Of a DNA stretch of 64,000 nucleotides, positions 11,836 through 25,248 are shown piece after piece. This stretch comes from Nageia nagi (taxonomy: Eukaryota; Plantae; Pinophyta). Within the stretch, counting starts at the first letter, position 1. Each line of letters opens with the position of its first letter. Both the position numbers and the translations under genes were made by a program. The stretch is taken from positions 2,852,001 through 2,916,000 of the forward strand of contig JBITNC010000002.1 of NCBI GenBank assembly GCA_050084985.1. Direction: 5' to 3'. The notes under the pieces were generated by a model that worked only from the letters and a program-made list of their open reading frames with translations, ran no database searches and was not told the origin of the DNA.

Positions 11836-14459
11836 AATGCATGGGCAGCCATATGAAGAAGGGTGTTCATCTTATCCCACCTACAATAGATCAAAAAATT
11901 GATTTAAAAAATTTAAAAACAATTCAAATTATTTAAAACTATAATCAAGTTTCAACAATCAACATTTGTTACATAGTTATGATTACCTCTTCACTATAAT
12001 GGGTTTGATTTGTTGTTCATGAAATGAAGGATCTTTAGCATAAATAATCTTTTTGATTTCCTCAACCATGCTGTCACAAGTTTCATGTCTCTCCTAAATT
12101 GGGAGAATTTGTATCAGCATACCTTATGACTGCATGGATGAGATTAATGAAAGATACAAGGTACCTACAAGGATTGAAGAAAGAAAGACTGAAAGTTAAA
12201 TCATTGAAATCATTAATAATTAAAAAATTTAAAATTAAAACTACAAAGTGAAACTTCATTTACCTAACATCATCCCACCAATGATTATTAAAGACTGTTT
12301 TTAAGTCTTTTTCCTTTTTCTGTCTAAGATTCTGGTCACCTCCATTCTCGTGTAGCATCCTCTCTAATAGATGGAAATATGTGGCATATCTTGTCTCAAA
12401 AGGTTTTATAAAGTCCTTATTTGAGGAGCGAAAGAGGGCTAATGAAGTGTGACGGCTGCAAATAAACATTTGCAAGTCTCTAGCCTCTGCAACCATGTTC
12501 TTCACCCATGGTATCTTCCCAATGTCTTTCAATGCATGTACACAACACGAGGTCCAATAAATATGTTTGTAATGACCTATCAACTTTCCTGCATGCCGAC
12601 AAATAGGGGTTGCATTTGTAATGACCTACAAAACAACAAAAAAATAAGAGGTTATATTTGAAAACTAAAATATTTAAAATTTAAAACAAATACAATTTTT
12701 AAATTATAATTAAAAATTTAAACGTGTTTACCTGCACAACATTGGAGGGTCCAACCTCCTCAATAGCATTCTTCAAAAGAACAAACTGGAACTTTGCATC
12801 TTTTTTTTTCCCTGAGCAATCAATAGCCTGAAGAAAAGGGCCCTTTGAAACAATAACAATGATATTGATGAGTGGGTGTTGATGAATGTCAATCCACCCA
12901 TCCATCACTATAGAACAACCATTGGTCACCCATGCTGCCCTCATCCCATCCATCATTAAAGTGCACTTGGCATATTGGCTATCCAAAAGAGTAGTACAAA
13001 GTCTAGTCTCTAATGGAAGTACATATGATGGCCCTGCTTCCCTCAATTTTTCAAATACATCCTTGTAGTAAAATGATAGTGCAATATGGAAGGGCAAACC
13101 AAGTGCAAAAAAGAAGTTGCACATATACCGTGCTTCCCTCAATTTGCCACTTCTTTTGCTTGTAAGTTCAATGCATCAATAATATTCCCTCTTTTTGTAG
13201 AAGGGGGCAATGTAGGACTGGGGAAAGTAGAAGAACAAGGTTGTGTGCAAGATGATGATGCATGGGTAGTAGGACTAGGAGATGATCAACTAGGTCGACT
13301 CAATATTGGATCTCTTTTGTTTGAATAGTCCCTTGGTCAAGCCTAGAGGCTTCGGCAAACTAGAAGTTATTCATGCTTTTACATACTTTCACCCTTGACC
13401 CTTGTCTATTAGTAAGGTGTGATACAACCCTAGTATAACTTCCAAAAAATTTAGTAGAACAAAAATAGCAAGTCCAATTTCTCCCTCTCCCTTGAAGTTT
13501 TTTCCCTTTGTCATTGTTTGTAACAAACTAAAGTAAGCGTTTTTTTTGGGTCAAACAGCCCTTTGGCATATGGTTTTAACAACAAAGATGGGCACTCATT
13601 AATAGGTGTACTGCTGCCCCCTCCAGAAGTTTGTGTTTGTTCTTTTTCCAAGTTTGTTTCATCTCATTTTCTGAATCATGCCCTTCATTTCCACTCAATC
13701 TAGCAACTAGAAAATGAATTTTTTTTCCTATTTAGAATCTACTATCTAGTAAAAAAATAACTAAATAAAAATTAGGAGCACAAAAGGAGAGAATAAGGGA
13801 GAGAAATTGTACCTTGGCTCCTTCTCACTCGTTGTTTTCTCTCCTCACTACTGTTCTTTGCTCGTCAAGGCTGCACACAAATGAAATGAGTATGTTTTGC
13901 AATTAGAAGGCTTTATGTTTATGCTTTTAGGGTTCAGAGGGTGGGAGTATGTGTGGGACTCACCCCATGTCCTTTTTTATTAATTTAAGAGTTTTTTGTT
14001 TTTTTCCTTCCAGCAGCCCATCCTGAGGGGAGCGGCCAGATGCTCTTGGGAGCGGTCGAAGAGTAGCTAGCCACTACCCAACCGCTCTCCAGACATTCCT
14101 GATTTCCCAGACGATTCAAGAACATTCGGGGAGGGAGGGGAGACGTTTCAAAGACGTCTCCCATCCGCTCCCCAAATCATGAACGATTGGGAGACATTCC
14201 CAAGTGCGCTCCCCCGTTCCCGAACACTTGAAACCTCGGGAACAGCTATTCAAGAGGGGGGAACGCATTACCACATATCCCTGGTTTTTACATTGATATA
14301 TTGCACTTGAGGTTGGACGTTTGCATTTTCTGAGGATAATTAGGGCATTTTGGGTATTTGAAGTGCATGAACGACTTAGCTGAGAATTTTGGTGAATTTT
14401 ACTAGTTTTAGTGAGCCCCATTTTGGGCGATTCCGAACCAACCCTAATTCGAAATATTC

Positions 14460-14697
14460 TAAAATTCTTTGAACAAGAAATGGAACCTCCCCTGAACCTC
14501 GAAATAAATGGGACATTGAAAAATGAAGTGCTCTTCATTCTCCATCTTCTGAAGAGAGTAGACACAAGTCCTATCACAACAAGGAATATGGTGGCCAGTC
14601 TCAACCCATAGTTGGTGGGAGCAAACTATTATTTAACCAAAGGGAATTGTCAAATCGTATTACCAATGGTGATAAAGATAGTCCAACTCGATGATGG
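14460..14697 (-). pseudogene. LINE ORF2 C-terminal fragment
   Basis: Translates to SHQLWVETGHHIPCCDRTCVYSLQKMENEEHFIFQCPIY, the degenerate SHxLxxExGR...CxxC...EDExHFxxxC terminus of non-LTR ORF2 proteins. Confidence 0.8.
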
Positions 14698-15276
14698 TGC
14701 CATGTAATATTCCCAAATATTTTCAACGCACAAATTAGCCAAGCAAATGCAAATCGATATTATACAATGCTCCTAGGCATGCCACGAACTACACTAGGGC
14801 ATAAAACATGCAAAATAACAAACCAAGAAGCCAAACGATGAATCTCTCTAGCTAGATTCAACTCTTATACCCCAACGTCACACTTGGGGGCTCATACACT
14901 ATGCAAAACACATCCAAGAATGTCAACGATCTACCATACAAGCATATACATACAAATATAACTCGACGTTGCAAATATGGAAGCATGAACATCAAACAAT
15001 GAGACAACTAATGAGATCCAGGTATGCCACAGATCTATTATTGATAGAATGGTGAATACAATAACAAACAGGCCCAAAGGGCTCAATTTTGGCCTCCAAG
15101 GAGCCAACTGGGGCATACCAAATGCTGAGATAGATCCTGAAACTGACATAGAACAATCACCTCCTACCAGTTATGTGGATGCCCCACTAAAGGAATCCCT
15201 CACAGGCTAGCTCCCGACAAAGAGAATGTATGTGACTCTGAAATGCCACCAGATGGATTCAAAGGTGCAAACCCGT

Positions 15277-18200
15277 TGTAATTTCCCTTTTGTAATATAT
15301 TTATTATTGCATTGTACTTTAAGTTAGTACTTGGGATAAAAGACTTAATGGGTCAATGGACCCCACTGTGAGCTCTAAGTGGGACGTCTTCCTCCCAAAC
15401 ATAGAATAGGTGTTTTAATGTACTTGGAGATCCCGATCATGATTGTGGGAATCCCAAGGTCTATTTAGCACTTGGATGGAATAGCATTTGTATACATGCG
15501 CCAAACTTGGGGAGACTCCTAGACCCCCACATTGGCCCATGATGACACCTAGCCCCCACGCATGGCTCCTAGGCCCACGTTAGGCATGTGTGACACTCCA
15601 AATCTCCACGTTGGCACTTATGACACTCAGGGCTCCATGTTGGCATGCTTGACCCCTAAGCACCCACATTGGGCATTTTGGGCCCTCCAGGAGGCTAACA
15701 TTGGATTAGAGGAGTTGGGAATGATTCGTAGGTGAGATCCAAATCCAGCGAAGTGTGATAAAAGGACATTGGAGCCTCATTACTAGATATGCTTGATTAT
15801 TATTACACTTATACCATCCAAAGGACAAGAAGACTTAGCGACGCTAAGCAATCACCTAGGTGTAGCATCTAGGAGGGCTATCAGGCTAAGGGATCTTGTT
15901 AGTCTACAGCATTGGTACAACACCATTGCCCATCCAATGGTATTCCGAGGTTGCGCTTCTACCTTCAGTGGTTTCCAGGATCAAAGGAGGGCTCCTTCGG
16001 TGGAGAGGATTCAAGTTTCGAATGAGCAAGACTATCCCATCCGTCCGTCTAGTTTGAGGATACATATTGTGCCCTAGTTGGCTCCTTGGAGGCCAATGTC
16101 CAACTCTAGGAACTTGGTATTGTATTGTTATTCATCTCATATAATATATACAGCCTATGGGCATTCAGACCTCATATCATTTGTGTGAATGCTTCATTAT
16201 TGCAACGTTGTGGTTTGATTATCTATTCTTGCATATTTAAGCCAAATGTTGGCATAGTAAGCTTGTAATAATTGTTGTGTATTGATCTTGGCCAAACGTT
16301 GGCATATTTGGGTTGTGAATGCATTGTTTGGATGCCCTAGACTAGACGTTAGGATTTGATTAATCGAATTTGCTAATTTGTACTTGAGATTGTATTTGGA
16401 TCATTACAGTGGTATCAAAGCTTGGATCTGGTCAGCTTGTGAGGTTAAGATCCAACTAGAAGCAAATTGAACTAGTAGATCGAGAGGTCCTGCACTTAAA
16501 AGGCCAGTTTCAGGGTCAAAACGGCAATTTTTCGAAAAAGTCTGAATTCCTAGACTAAGTTGTCTAAGGTTTGGAAAATATATTTTCAAATCTGAAGGCT
16601 ATTTCCAGGTATAAAAGGTCCTGATTTATTGTCCAGGCTGGTCAGAAGATTTCAGATTTTATGCTAGGGTTGTTTTGAAGCTTTAGCCAAATCTCCATTC
16701 CACATAAAGAAATCAGAACCGGCACCAATGGAAAGAGAAATTTCAGCCAGATCTAAAGTCAAGGTGAAAAAGTAAGAATTTAGAGAGGTAGTTTTCCACT
16801 AGTTACTCCAAGAATTTGAAGACAACAAGATTCCTTTGGAAGAAAGGGAGAAGCTCTTAAGGTTCCTAGGCGAACGACATGAGGAGAAGATTTGCAAGAA
16901 GAGAAGGCAGACGTGGGAGCCCAGATTTGTGCCTCCACACAAGACTTCGCCAAAAATTGAAATCTTCCTCCAGATCTATCGGGGAACCACCAAAGAGTTC
17001 CAAAGAGACATCACCTTTCAGCTATATCAGGATCTTCTAGGTTATGGGTGGTGGCATGGCAGAAATCCAACGTTGGAGGGGTAGAGTCAGCTAGAACCCC
17101 AACGTCTAGATCTAGACCACCGAGAGGAGTCTTGGCATCACACATTGGGCATAGAGGAAGTTTGGAACCCCACGTTGGACATAAAGAAGGTTGGGCACCC
17201 AACATTGAACTAGGAAGAGGTTTAGCACCCCACATCAAGCACTGAGAAGCTTGGGCACCCAACATTGGACATCGAGAATTGGCAAAGGATGAGTCTTGGA
17301 TCAGCCATGTTGACACCCCAAAAAGGTATGAAAGCAATTCTGATTTCTATGACAGTAATTCAGAAATTTTGCAAAGTATTGTTGAGGGTAATAAAATTGG
17401 GGAGAAAGATGAAAGAGCCATTGTTGTTTTAGATATGGTTTCCAGAAATAGTAGTAAGGAAAGTGAAGATAGCTTTGAATCTAACATGGAGGAAGATAAA
17501 TATTGCAAAGAAGAGAATACTATTTCAGATCTTGGACAATCAGAAATCATTGTATCACCACATGAGGTATGTCAAGTAGAGCTACAAGATGTTTTCTTCA
17601 AAATGCAAACACCCCTATTTGTTGAGAATGTAGTGAAGAAAAAGAAGCATGATGTAGATGCGAATGTTGAAACTTTTCAATCAGCTTGTGAGTATGCACA
17701 TACTAGTTGCATGCCTTTGGTTTCATGGTGTAATGTGTGGAAAGAATCAATTCTTCATGTGAATTGCAATAGTCTTCTAGCTCCATGGGATCCGGGTGTG
17801 TTAGCACACAATGGAAGACTAAGAAAGTTGGAGGTAATCATGGGGGATGAAAAAGAAAGCATGAAGGTTTCCAAATCAGCATTAGAGGAGAAAGGGAAAA
17901 CAGTTTCAGCCTATGATGAAGAACTTGATGGTCCTTGTAACCACTTGGATCTTTGGCATATGACATGGGGCAATGACCTCACTTGTTTTAGCTCACTTTG
18001 GTTGTTGGTGTGTTCACAGTAATCCATAGCTTCTCTTGAAGGAGTTGAACATGAGAAGTGCATCATACTTTCTCATGACATATTTAATTGCAACCAAAAC
18101 ATCAAGAAGAAGAGAGGTACACTTGTTGATTTTTGTGGTCATTATGTTCCTGAAAATTCATCACTGTTTGGGGTAAGAGATCATGTAATCTTAGAAGTTA

Positions 18201-19586
18201 CTTTGCTACTCCAAAAGACTACAATATAAGAGGAAAACTCATGCACTAATAGGAGTTTTTACTCTTCATCTTTGTGCTTGGTATGGGCTGATTTGGAAGG
18301 GAAATATTGAGATCTAATTTCAGCTTTCTTTGAGCTGAGTTGGTATATTTCAAGGGCAGCAATTGATAAGGGAAGATGAAAGACTGTTTGGGACACTTTG
18401 TCCACTTATGATCCCCATGGTTTCAGCCCCCACGTTCAGTGGATATTCATGAGACCACATTCTTGCTCCATATTGCATGATTTGAAGACTGTATTGCATG
18501 AGGAAAAATCAGCAACGGTTGGGGGGATTGCCACCACAAGTTTACGCTCCATTTTGTGCTCATCATGGATAGCATTGGGATGCAGGGGGTCTGCTGGTTT
18601 TTCAGATCTGTTTGTTGACCTTGAGCACATGAGGAAGGTTGCATACCCTCGCAGGTTGAAGAGCACTTGTATACATATGCCAACCTTGGGGAGACTCCTA
18701 GACCCCCACATTGACCCATTATGACACCTAGCCCCCACGCATGGCTCCTAGGCCCACGTTGGGCATATGTGGCACTCTAGATCCCCATGTTGGCACTTAT
18801 GACACTAAGGGCCCCCATGTTGGCATGCTTGACCCCTAAACACCCATGTTGGGTATTCTAGGCCCTCCAGGAGGCTAACATTGGATTAAAGGAGCTGAGA
18901 ATGATTCTTATGTGAGATCCAGATCCAACCAAGTATTATAAAAGGACATTGGAGCCTCATTACTGGATATACTTGATTATTATTACACTTATACCGTCCA
19001 AAGAACAAGAAGACTTAGGGCGCTAAGCAATCCCCTAGGTGCAGCATCTAGGAGGGCTATCAAGATGAGGGATCCTGTTACTCTACGGCATTGGTATAGC
19101 ACCTTTGCCCATCCGATGGTATTTTGAGGTTGCGCCTCTACCTTCACTAGTTTCCAGGATCAAAGGAGGGCTCCTTCGGTGGAGAGGATTCGGGTTCTGA
19201 GGGAGCAAGATTGTCCCATTCGTCTGTTCAATTTGAGGATACACATTGTTCCCTAGTTGGCTTCTTGGAGGCCAATATCCAACTCTGGGAGCTTGGTATT
19301 GTATTTTTATTCATCTCATATCATATACAACCTGTGGGCATTCAGACCTCATATCATTTTTATGTATGCTTCATTATTGCAACGTTGTGGTTTGATTATC
19401 TATTCTTGCAAGTGTAAGTTAAGACATTGGCATAGTAAGCTTGTAATAATTGCTATGTATTGATCTTGGCCATACGTTGGCATATTTGGGTTGTGAATGC
19501 ATTGTTTGGATGCCCTAGACCAGACATTAGGATTTGATTAATTGAAATTGTTAATTTGCACTTGAGATTGTATTTGGATCATTACA
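15277..19586 (+). mobile_element. Non-autonomous LTR element B (LARD-like), nested in the 3' LTR of A
   Basis: 5' LTR 15277-16408 (start clipped). PBS TGGTATCAAAGC at 16410-16421. 3' LTR about 18665-19586 (5'-deleted). The internal region has no recognisable gag/pol, only a broken acidic ORF (17279-18022). The LTR of A resumes at 19587. Confidence 0.85.
17060..17285 (+). repeat. Tandem repeat of about 30 bp with a CC(A/C)ACRTTGG core
   Basis: About 7 degenerate TTGGCACCCAACATTGGACAT-like units. Confidence 0.8.
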
Positions 19587-20575
19587 ACGCCTCAGGGTAG
19601 GGCAACCTCACAAGCACGAACATTCACCTCAATCGTAAGACAAAAGGTGCTCAACACCTCCTAAACTCTCCTTGTGCTTTGCGCTCAAAGGTGCTTGATA
19701 CCACCAAGTCGTTGGTAACTCCGAACTTCAAAGAGAAGGGTTTCGATATATAATCAAATCTATCTCTGCAACGAGGCTCCTTATCCTTATATAGCTCATC
19801 ACTGGATCTGGATCTCACCTCAAAGTCATCACCTAGCCTTCCTAATCCAACGTTGGCTTCCTAGAAGCCGCACAAAGCCCAACGAAGGTGCCGAGGAGTC
19901 AATCCAAGCCCAACGTGGGTATCTAGGCTCTTCACATGCTCAACGTGGGTGCTTGGGAGTCACCTATGCCACAAGGGGGTCCTGGAATGCATGCGTGGGT
20001 GTCTAGGAGTCATTATGGACCAACGTGGTAGTCTAGGAGTCTCCTCAAGGTTGGCTCATGTGTACAAATGCTCCCAAATCCAACATTGGGGCAAATAGAT
20101 GTTTATCCATGCTCAAGTGTCATCTAGGTCTTATACAAGCCTTGGGATTCCCACAATCATATTTAGGATCTCCAAGAGCATTACATGAAAAATAAAATAA
20201 CACATCCTAGCTTGGTAGGAAAATGTCCCTCATGGGGCTCACGAAGTCGGTCCAATGGACCTTTATAATTCTATCCCAAGTAACTAACAACAAATACATG
20301 AATAAATAAATATTTACAAAAAGGGAATCCCTAGGATTCCAAAATTAATTATTTTTTACAAAAAGGGGATGTTACAAAGCCTCCCCTCTCAAAATTGCTT
20401 GCCCTCAAGCTATTGTAGAATACCAAAAATCATTGTCTTCCAAACATCCTTTGGTTTTACTGCAGGTATCAACTGTGGCTCTCGGTGGTATGCAGCTTCA
20501 ATAATTCTTCTCCATAACTCAGTCCATGAAGTCCCTATGTCAATCATTGGAGTTCCTCTTTGGTATCTAGCCTTT

Positions 20576-21978
20576 TGTAACACCCTCTCTTTGTAAAAGA
20601 TAATTAGTGGTGGAATCCTAAGGATTCCCTTTGTGAATATTTATTTATGTATTTGTTATTAGTACTTGGGATAGAATATAATGGTCCTATGGACCCACAT
20701 TGTGAGCCCCAAAGTGGGACATCTTCCTCCCAAGCTTAAGATGAATTATTTGAGGATAGAGTTTGTCACAATTATTGGTGAGTTGATTTGATTTGTTCAT
20801 TGGATAGGGCACCTTGTGGGAAATGTTTTGATAGGTTACACGATATGGTTTCATCAGGAAACGAAAGAGTTATGGCCTCTTGAAGTTCGCCAGTTGGACA
20901 AGTCTTCCATATTGAGGTTGCTCACGGAAATCCAAAAACATCTCCATATTGATCCCTTGAAATGTGACATCCCACTCCTTGGGATATGAGTTAGCTATGG
21001 ATTGTGTTTAGGTACAAGCTTGGTAATTACGAGTAGATTTAGTATGTTTTATGTGGGCCACTTATATGTGTTTGTAATACATGATTCGAAGGTAAATTAA
21101 TAATTGTAAATGCAATATTAGTCTCCAATAATGAGGTGTTGCATATCTAGCCATTGGATCTTGTAATTATATATGATTATTGATATCCCTAGGCAATGTT
21201 GGCATATGTATCATACCTAAGACACATCTAACCCCACATTTGGGCATTTGAGGGCCTCTAGGAGGCTAACGTTGGACTTGGAGGTTGGAGTGATGATTTC
21301 TAGGTAAGATCCAGATCTAGGGATTGTTATATAAAGAAGATTCACATCATTGCATGGATATATTGAATTTAATATTATCTCTTCTCCTGTCCAAAGGACA
21401 CAAGTTTTGGCGCAACATCAAGCAACCTTCCCCTAGGTGCAACATCTAGGAGGGTTGGCATGCTAAGGGATCTTGCTAATCTACGACTAAGGTATAGCAT
21501 CTTAGTCCAGTTGGTATATTTTGAGGTTGCAGTTCTGTCATTCAGTTGGTTTCCAGGATTTCGAGAGGGCTCCTAGAGTGGAGAGGATTCAGATCTTAAG
21601 CGAGTGTAGTTGTCCCATCCAATGTTCCAACAATGATCGTATTTGCATATTCGTATGCCCTAGTTGGATCCTTGGAGGCCAAAGTTGAGCCCTCTTGTGC
21701 CAATTCAGTATTGTACTCATCATTATCTTGCTGATTGAAGTTGTGGCATACTTGGATCTCATTCTTGTCTCATAATTGTGTGCGTTTGGTGCAATCTTGT
21801 CTCATTGTGCATGACGTTGGGCATTTAAGTGATATTCCTGCTTGTTAAGTAAATCATTGGCATTCCTGGCTTGTTTTTACATGTGTTTGATGCCCTAGTC
21901 TAAACGTGGCATGTTTAAGAGTGTATTTTGATAATTATTTGGCTAATTTGCACTTGAGATTATATTGGGGATTTTTCA
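20576..21978 (+). mobile_element. Solo LTR C (related to A/B LTRs), nested in the internal region of A
   Basis: TGTAACACC...TTTTTCA. TSD CCTTT/ACTTT. Shares 5' and U5 blocks with the A, B and D LTRs. Confidence 0.85.
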
Positions 21979-22229
21979 ACTTTGCATGCAAAAATTTTGA
22001 TATTTTGTTGAAGTTTATTTTGTTTTTGGCAATCCACATTAAGTACAAAAATGCTTGTAAATATTTTGGTGCAATAATCCTTAGAAGACACCATTATGCA
22101 TGCAAAAATTATGATAAACTCATCCATGCTAAGCACCAAATTGCAGCATTAAGCTTTTGGAAGAACCCTGAAAGATATCCCTTCAACATGAGTGAGAAAA
22201 AGTGGAGCTCTTGCTCCATAATAGTTGCC

Positions 22230-22555
22230 AAGCCTTTCCCAAGCTCAACATTGGGTGCCAAGCTTCTCTTATGTCCAACGTTGGGTGCCAATTCTCTTTT
22301 TTGTTCAACATTAGGTGCTGAGATCTCTTCATGACCAGCGTAGGGTGTCGAATCTCCTTGTCTCACGTGAGATGCCAAGACCCCTTCATGTCCAAAGTGG
22401 GGTGCCAAGTCTCCTCCTTGCCCAACATTAGGTGCCAAGGCCCCTCCAAGTCCAATGTGGGGTGCCAAATCTCCTCATTGCCCAACATTAGGTGCCAAGG
22501 CCCCTCCAAATCCAACATGGGATGCCAAATTGCCTCCTTGCCCAACATTAGCTCA
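22230..22555 (-). repeat. 30-bp tandem repeat (reads LAPNVGxxxx), homologous to 17060-17285
   Basis: About 10 units of TTGGCACCYAAYGTTGGRCA on the minus strand. Confidence 0.85.
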
Positions 22556-22689
22556 TTTTTCTTCTCCTCTTCCTCATGGTGTGGCCAAATCATTTCCAGT
22601 TTCTTGTTGTTAATTTGTGGGTATTCGTCCTTGATTCCCTACAGAGTATGAGTCTTACAATCAATATCAAAGCTCGTTGTTATATTTAT

Positions 22690-24245
22690 GTAATTGGTTC
22701 GAATGTCACCAAATTCAAACAAGAATTGCACACCCAAGATGATGTGAGGATGCCCCTTTAGTGTATACACAAAAGTTTTCTCAAACCACATAACTCTGCA
22801 ATCTCACCCCAAATCTTTCCACGATTTAGTCCACTAATGTGAGTTTCCCATTGGCATTGGAAACTCTAAATCCTTCCCTTTTTCTCCACGAAATATCCAT
22901 CAATAAAATTGTGAGTAACACCTGGGTCTATTAGGACCATTACATCTTGCCCACCTGCTTGCCCAATTACCTTCAAAGTGAGGTATTTCTTTGAGATGCC
23001 TCTGCCTTGGGTGCTTCTGTTTGATCCAACATGTTCATGCCAAGCTCCAACTCTGAATCTTCATCCTCGCCGTCCAGGAGAACCTCGATGTATGGCACCT
23101 GTCCTTTACCTTGACAACGGTGCCTTGGCTCCCATGGCATTTTGTAGTGAAAGCATTTGCCTTCTTCTTTCAGCTTCCTCCTAGTGGTTGCGTCCATCTA
23201 GCCCATTTGAGGAGGAGGAAAAGATTTGAACTTGTTGGTTCCCTCCTCTGCTGCTAATTTCTGCACGGCCTGCTCCTTGTGCGTTTGTACCCCTTTGAGG
23301 GTGATCATAGTCGACTCCAAATCGTAGGCTGCCCTGATTGCATCATCAAGGGTTTTTGGCCTTGATACCTTCACCATCCCTTGCAAGGGTTCCATCAACC
23401 CCTCTACAAAGATGAAGGTCAATTTCTCCTCTGAAATGTTACGAATCATGACTGCAATTTTCTAAAAAATCTGAAACGAAATCATCCACTGTACTTTGCT
23501 TCCTCAAGGATGTCAACTCTCTGAAATAATCGTTCTCCTTCCTATCAAACCATTCTACTAACCTCTAAGCAAATTCATTAAAAGAGGGCATATGAGAATA
23601 ATCTTCGCTGATTACCCCATGTTGCTACCATTCGTGAGCATCTCCCTCAAAATGCAACAATGCAAAATGGATTGCATCTTCTTCCACCATGTTCAAAATT
23701 AGGGTGAAGTATGTCTGAAGCTGATGGAGCCAAGCCCTAGTCGTCATCTTATTCCCATCATACATCGGAACTTGCATTTTGTTAATTTTTTGTTGTAGCT
23801 CCCTCTTGTCAACCCACGAATTGCCTTGAGAATGGCTGCCATGAGAACTACTTCCCTTCAAGCCCAAAATCTCCAAACAGCTATTGAAATTCATATCCTT
23901 CCTCCTAAACCAAGCCTCTACTTTGGCCAATTGATTTTGTACTACCTCCGTCATACTCCTCATGGCCACAATAAGCTCGTTGAACTTCCTTTCTGGCGTA
24001 GCGTCCTTGGTTAGAGTAGAGCTTCTTCTTCTCCTAGTCGATGGGGATCTGCCTCTCCTGGCTGAATTTTCTTCACCAAAGGCCTCTCCATCTTGGACGT
24101 CCTCCATCCATGGTCTGCGATCATCATTCTGAGTGGTTCTGGTTGGGGTTTCTTCTGGCAACATCCCCTTTCCACCCTTCTTAGCTAAAGACATGTCCCT
24201 TCTGGTGCTGGATCTAGTATAGTAATTATGGACTATAGGTCTCAT
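22690..24245 (-). pseudogene. Gypsy gag and aspartic protease pseudogene of element A
   Basis: Retrotrans_gag-like AWLHQLQTYF...ALLHFEGDAHEW and FVEGL...PKTLDDAIRAA. Knuckle EGKCFHYKMPWEPRHRC. Protease VLIDPGVTHNFID at about 22895-22940. No RT follows. Confidence 0.9.
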
Positions 24246-25248
24246 TCACAAGTTGGCCAGATCCAAGCTCTGATACCACTATACTATTCCCAAATATTCT
24301 CAATGCACAAAATCAATATTATATAATGCTCCTAAGCATGCCACGTACTACACTAGGGCATCAAACATGTTAACTAACAAGCCAGGAAGCCAAATGATGC
24401 ACCTTTCTAGCTAGATTCAACCTTTATACCTCAACGTCACACTTGGGGGCTCATACACTATGCAAAACACATCCAATAATGCCAACGATCACATACAAGC
24501 ATATAAATACAAATATAGCTCAACGTTGCAAATATGGAAGCATCATCATTAGACAATGAGACAAATAATGAAATCCAAGTACGCCACAGTTCTATTATTG
24601 ACATAATGGTGAGGACAATAACGAACAAGCCCAAAGGGCTCAACGTTGGCCTCCAAGGAGCCAACTAGAGCATACAAAATGCTAAGATAGATCTTGAAAC
24701 TAATATAGAACAATCATCTCCTACTAGTTCTATGGATGCCTCACTAAAGGACTCCCTCACAGGCTAGCTCTCGACGAAAAGAACCAATGTGATTTTGGAA
24801 TGCCACCAAATGGATTCAAAGGTGTAGACTGCTTGTGGACGCCTCAAGGTAGGGCAACCTCACAAGCACGAACATTCACCTCCACCATAAGACAAAAGAT
24901 GTTCTACACCTCTTGAACTCTCCTTGTGTGCTACGCTCAAAGTTGCTTGACACCGCCAGATCTTTGATAACTTCAAAGAGAAGGGTTTCTGTATATAATC
25001 AAGTCTATCTCTGCAACAAAGCTCCTTAGCCTTATATAGCTCATCACTGGATCTGGATCTCACCTCAAAGTCATCACCCAACCTTCCTAATCCAATGTTG
25101 GCTTCCTAGAAGCCCCACAAAGCCTAACGAAGGTGCCTAAGGGTCAATCCAAGCCCAACGTGGGTATCTGGGCCCTTCACATGCTCAACGTGGGTGCTTG
25201 GGAGTCACCCATGTCACATGGGGTTCCTGGAATGCATGTGTGAGTGTC

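Larger units (their letters stand above)
3030..13690 (-). pseudogene. hAT transposase pseudogene (BED finger, DUF659-type core, C-terminal dimerisation domain), intron-containing
   Basis: About 13380-13480: WTCYFCSTKFFGSYTRVVSHL...VC. 12699-13142: GCSIVMDGW...PLINI...FLQAIDCSG. LHMAAHALNPKWY is restored when the copia is removed. About 3240-3354: VGSSSAAERNWSTYGFIHNIRRSMLTPKRAKKLV. Stops and frameshifts present. Confidence 0.92.
2627..14283 (-). mobile_element. hAT DNA transposon (defective), interrupted by a copia element
   Basis: Perfect 8-bp TSD GTTTTTAC at 2619-2626 and 14284-14291. Ends CAAGG.../...CCCTG. GGGAAC/GGGAGC-rich subterminal repeats at both ends. Transposase remnants inside. 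Confidence 0.93.
850..14440 (+). mobile_element. Degenerate Gypsy-type solo LTR (about 850-2626 plus 14292-14440), split by the hAT insertion
   Basis: Blocks 1618-1700 and 2190-2320 are homologous to the solo LTR at 36969-37050 and 37620-37740. TATA-like gttataaaag at about 2001. Sequence reads continuously across the hAT TSD. Outer ends not resolved. Confidence 0.5.
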
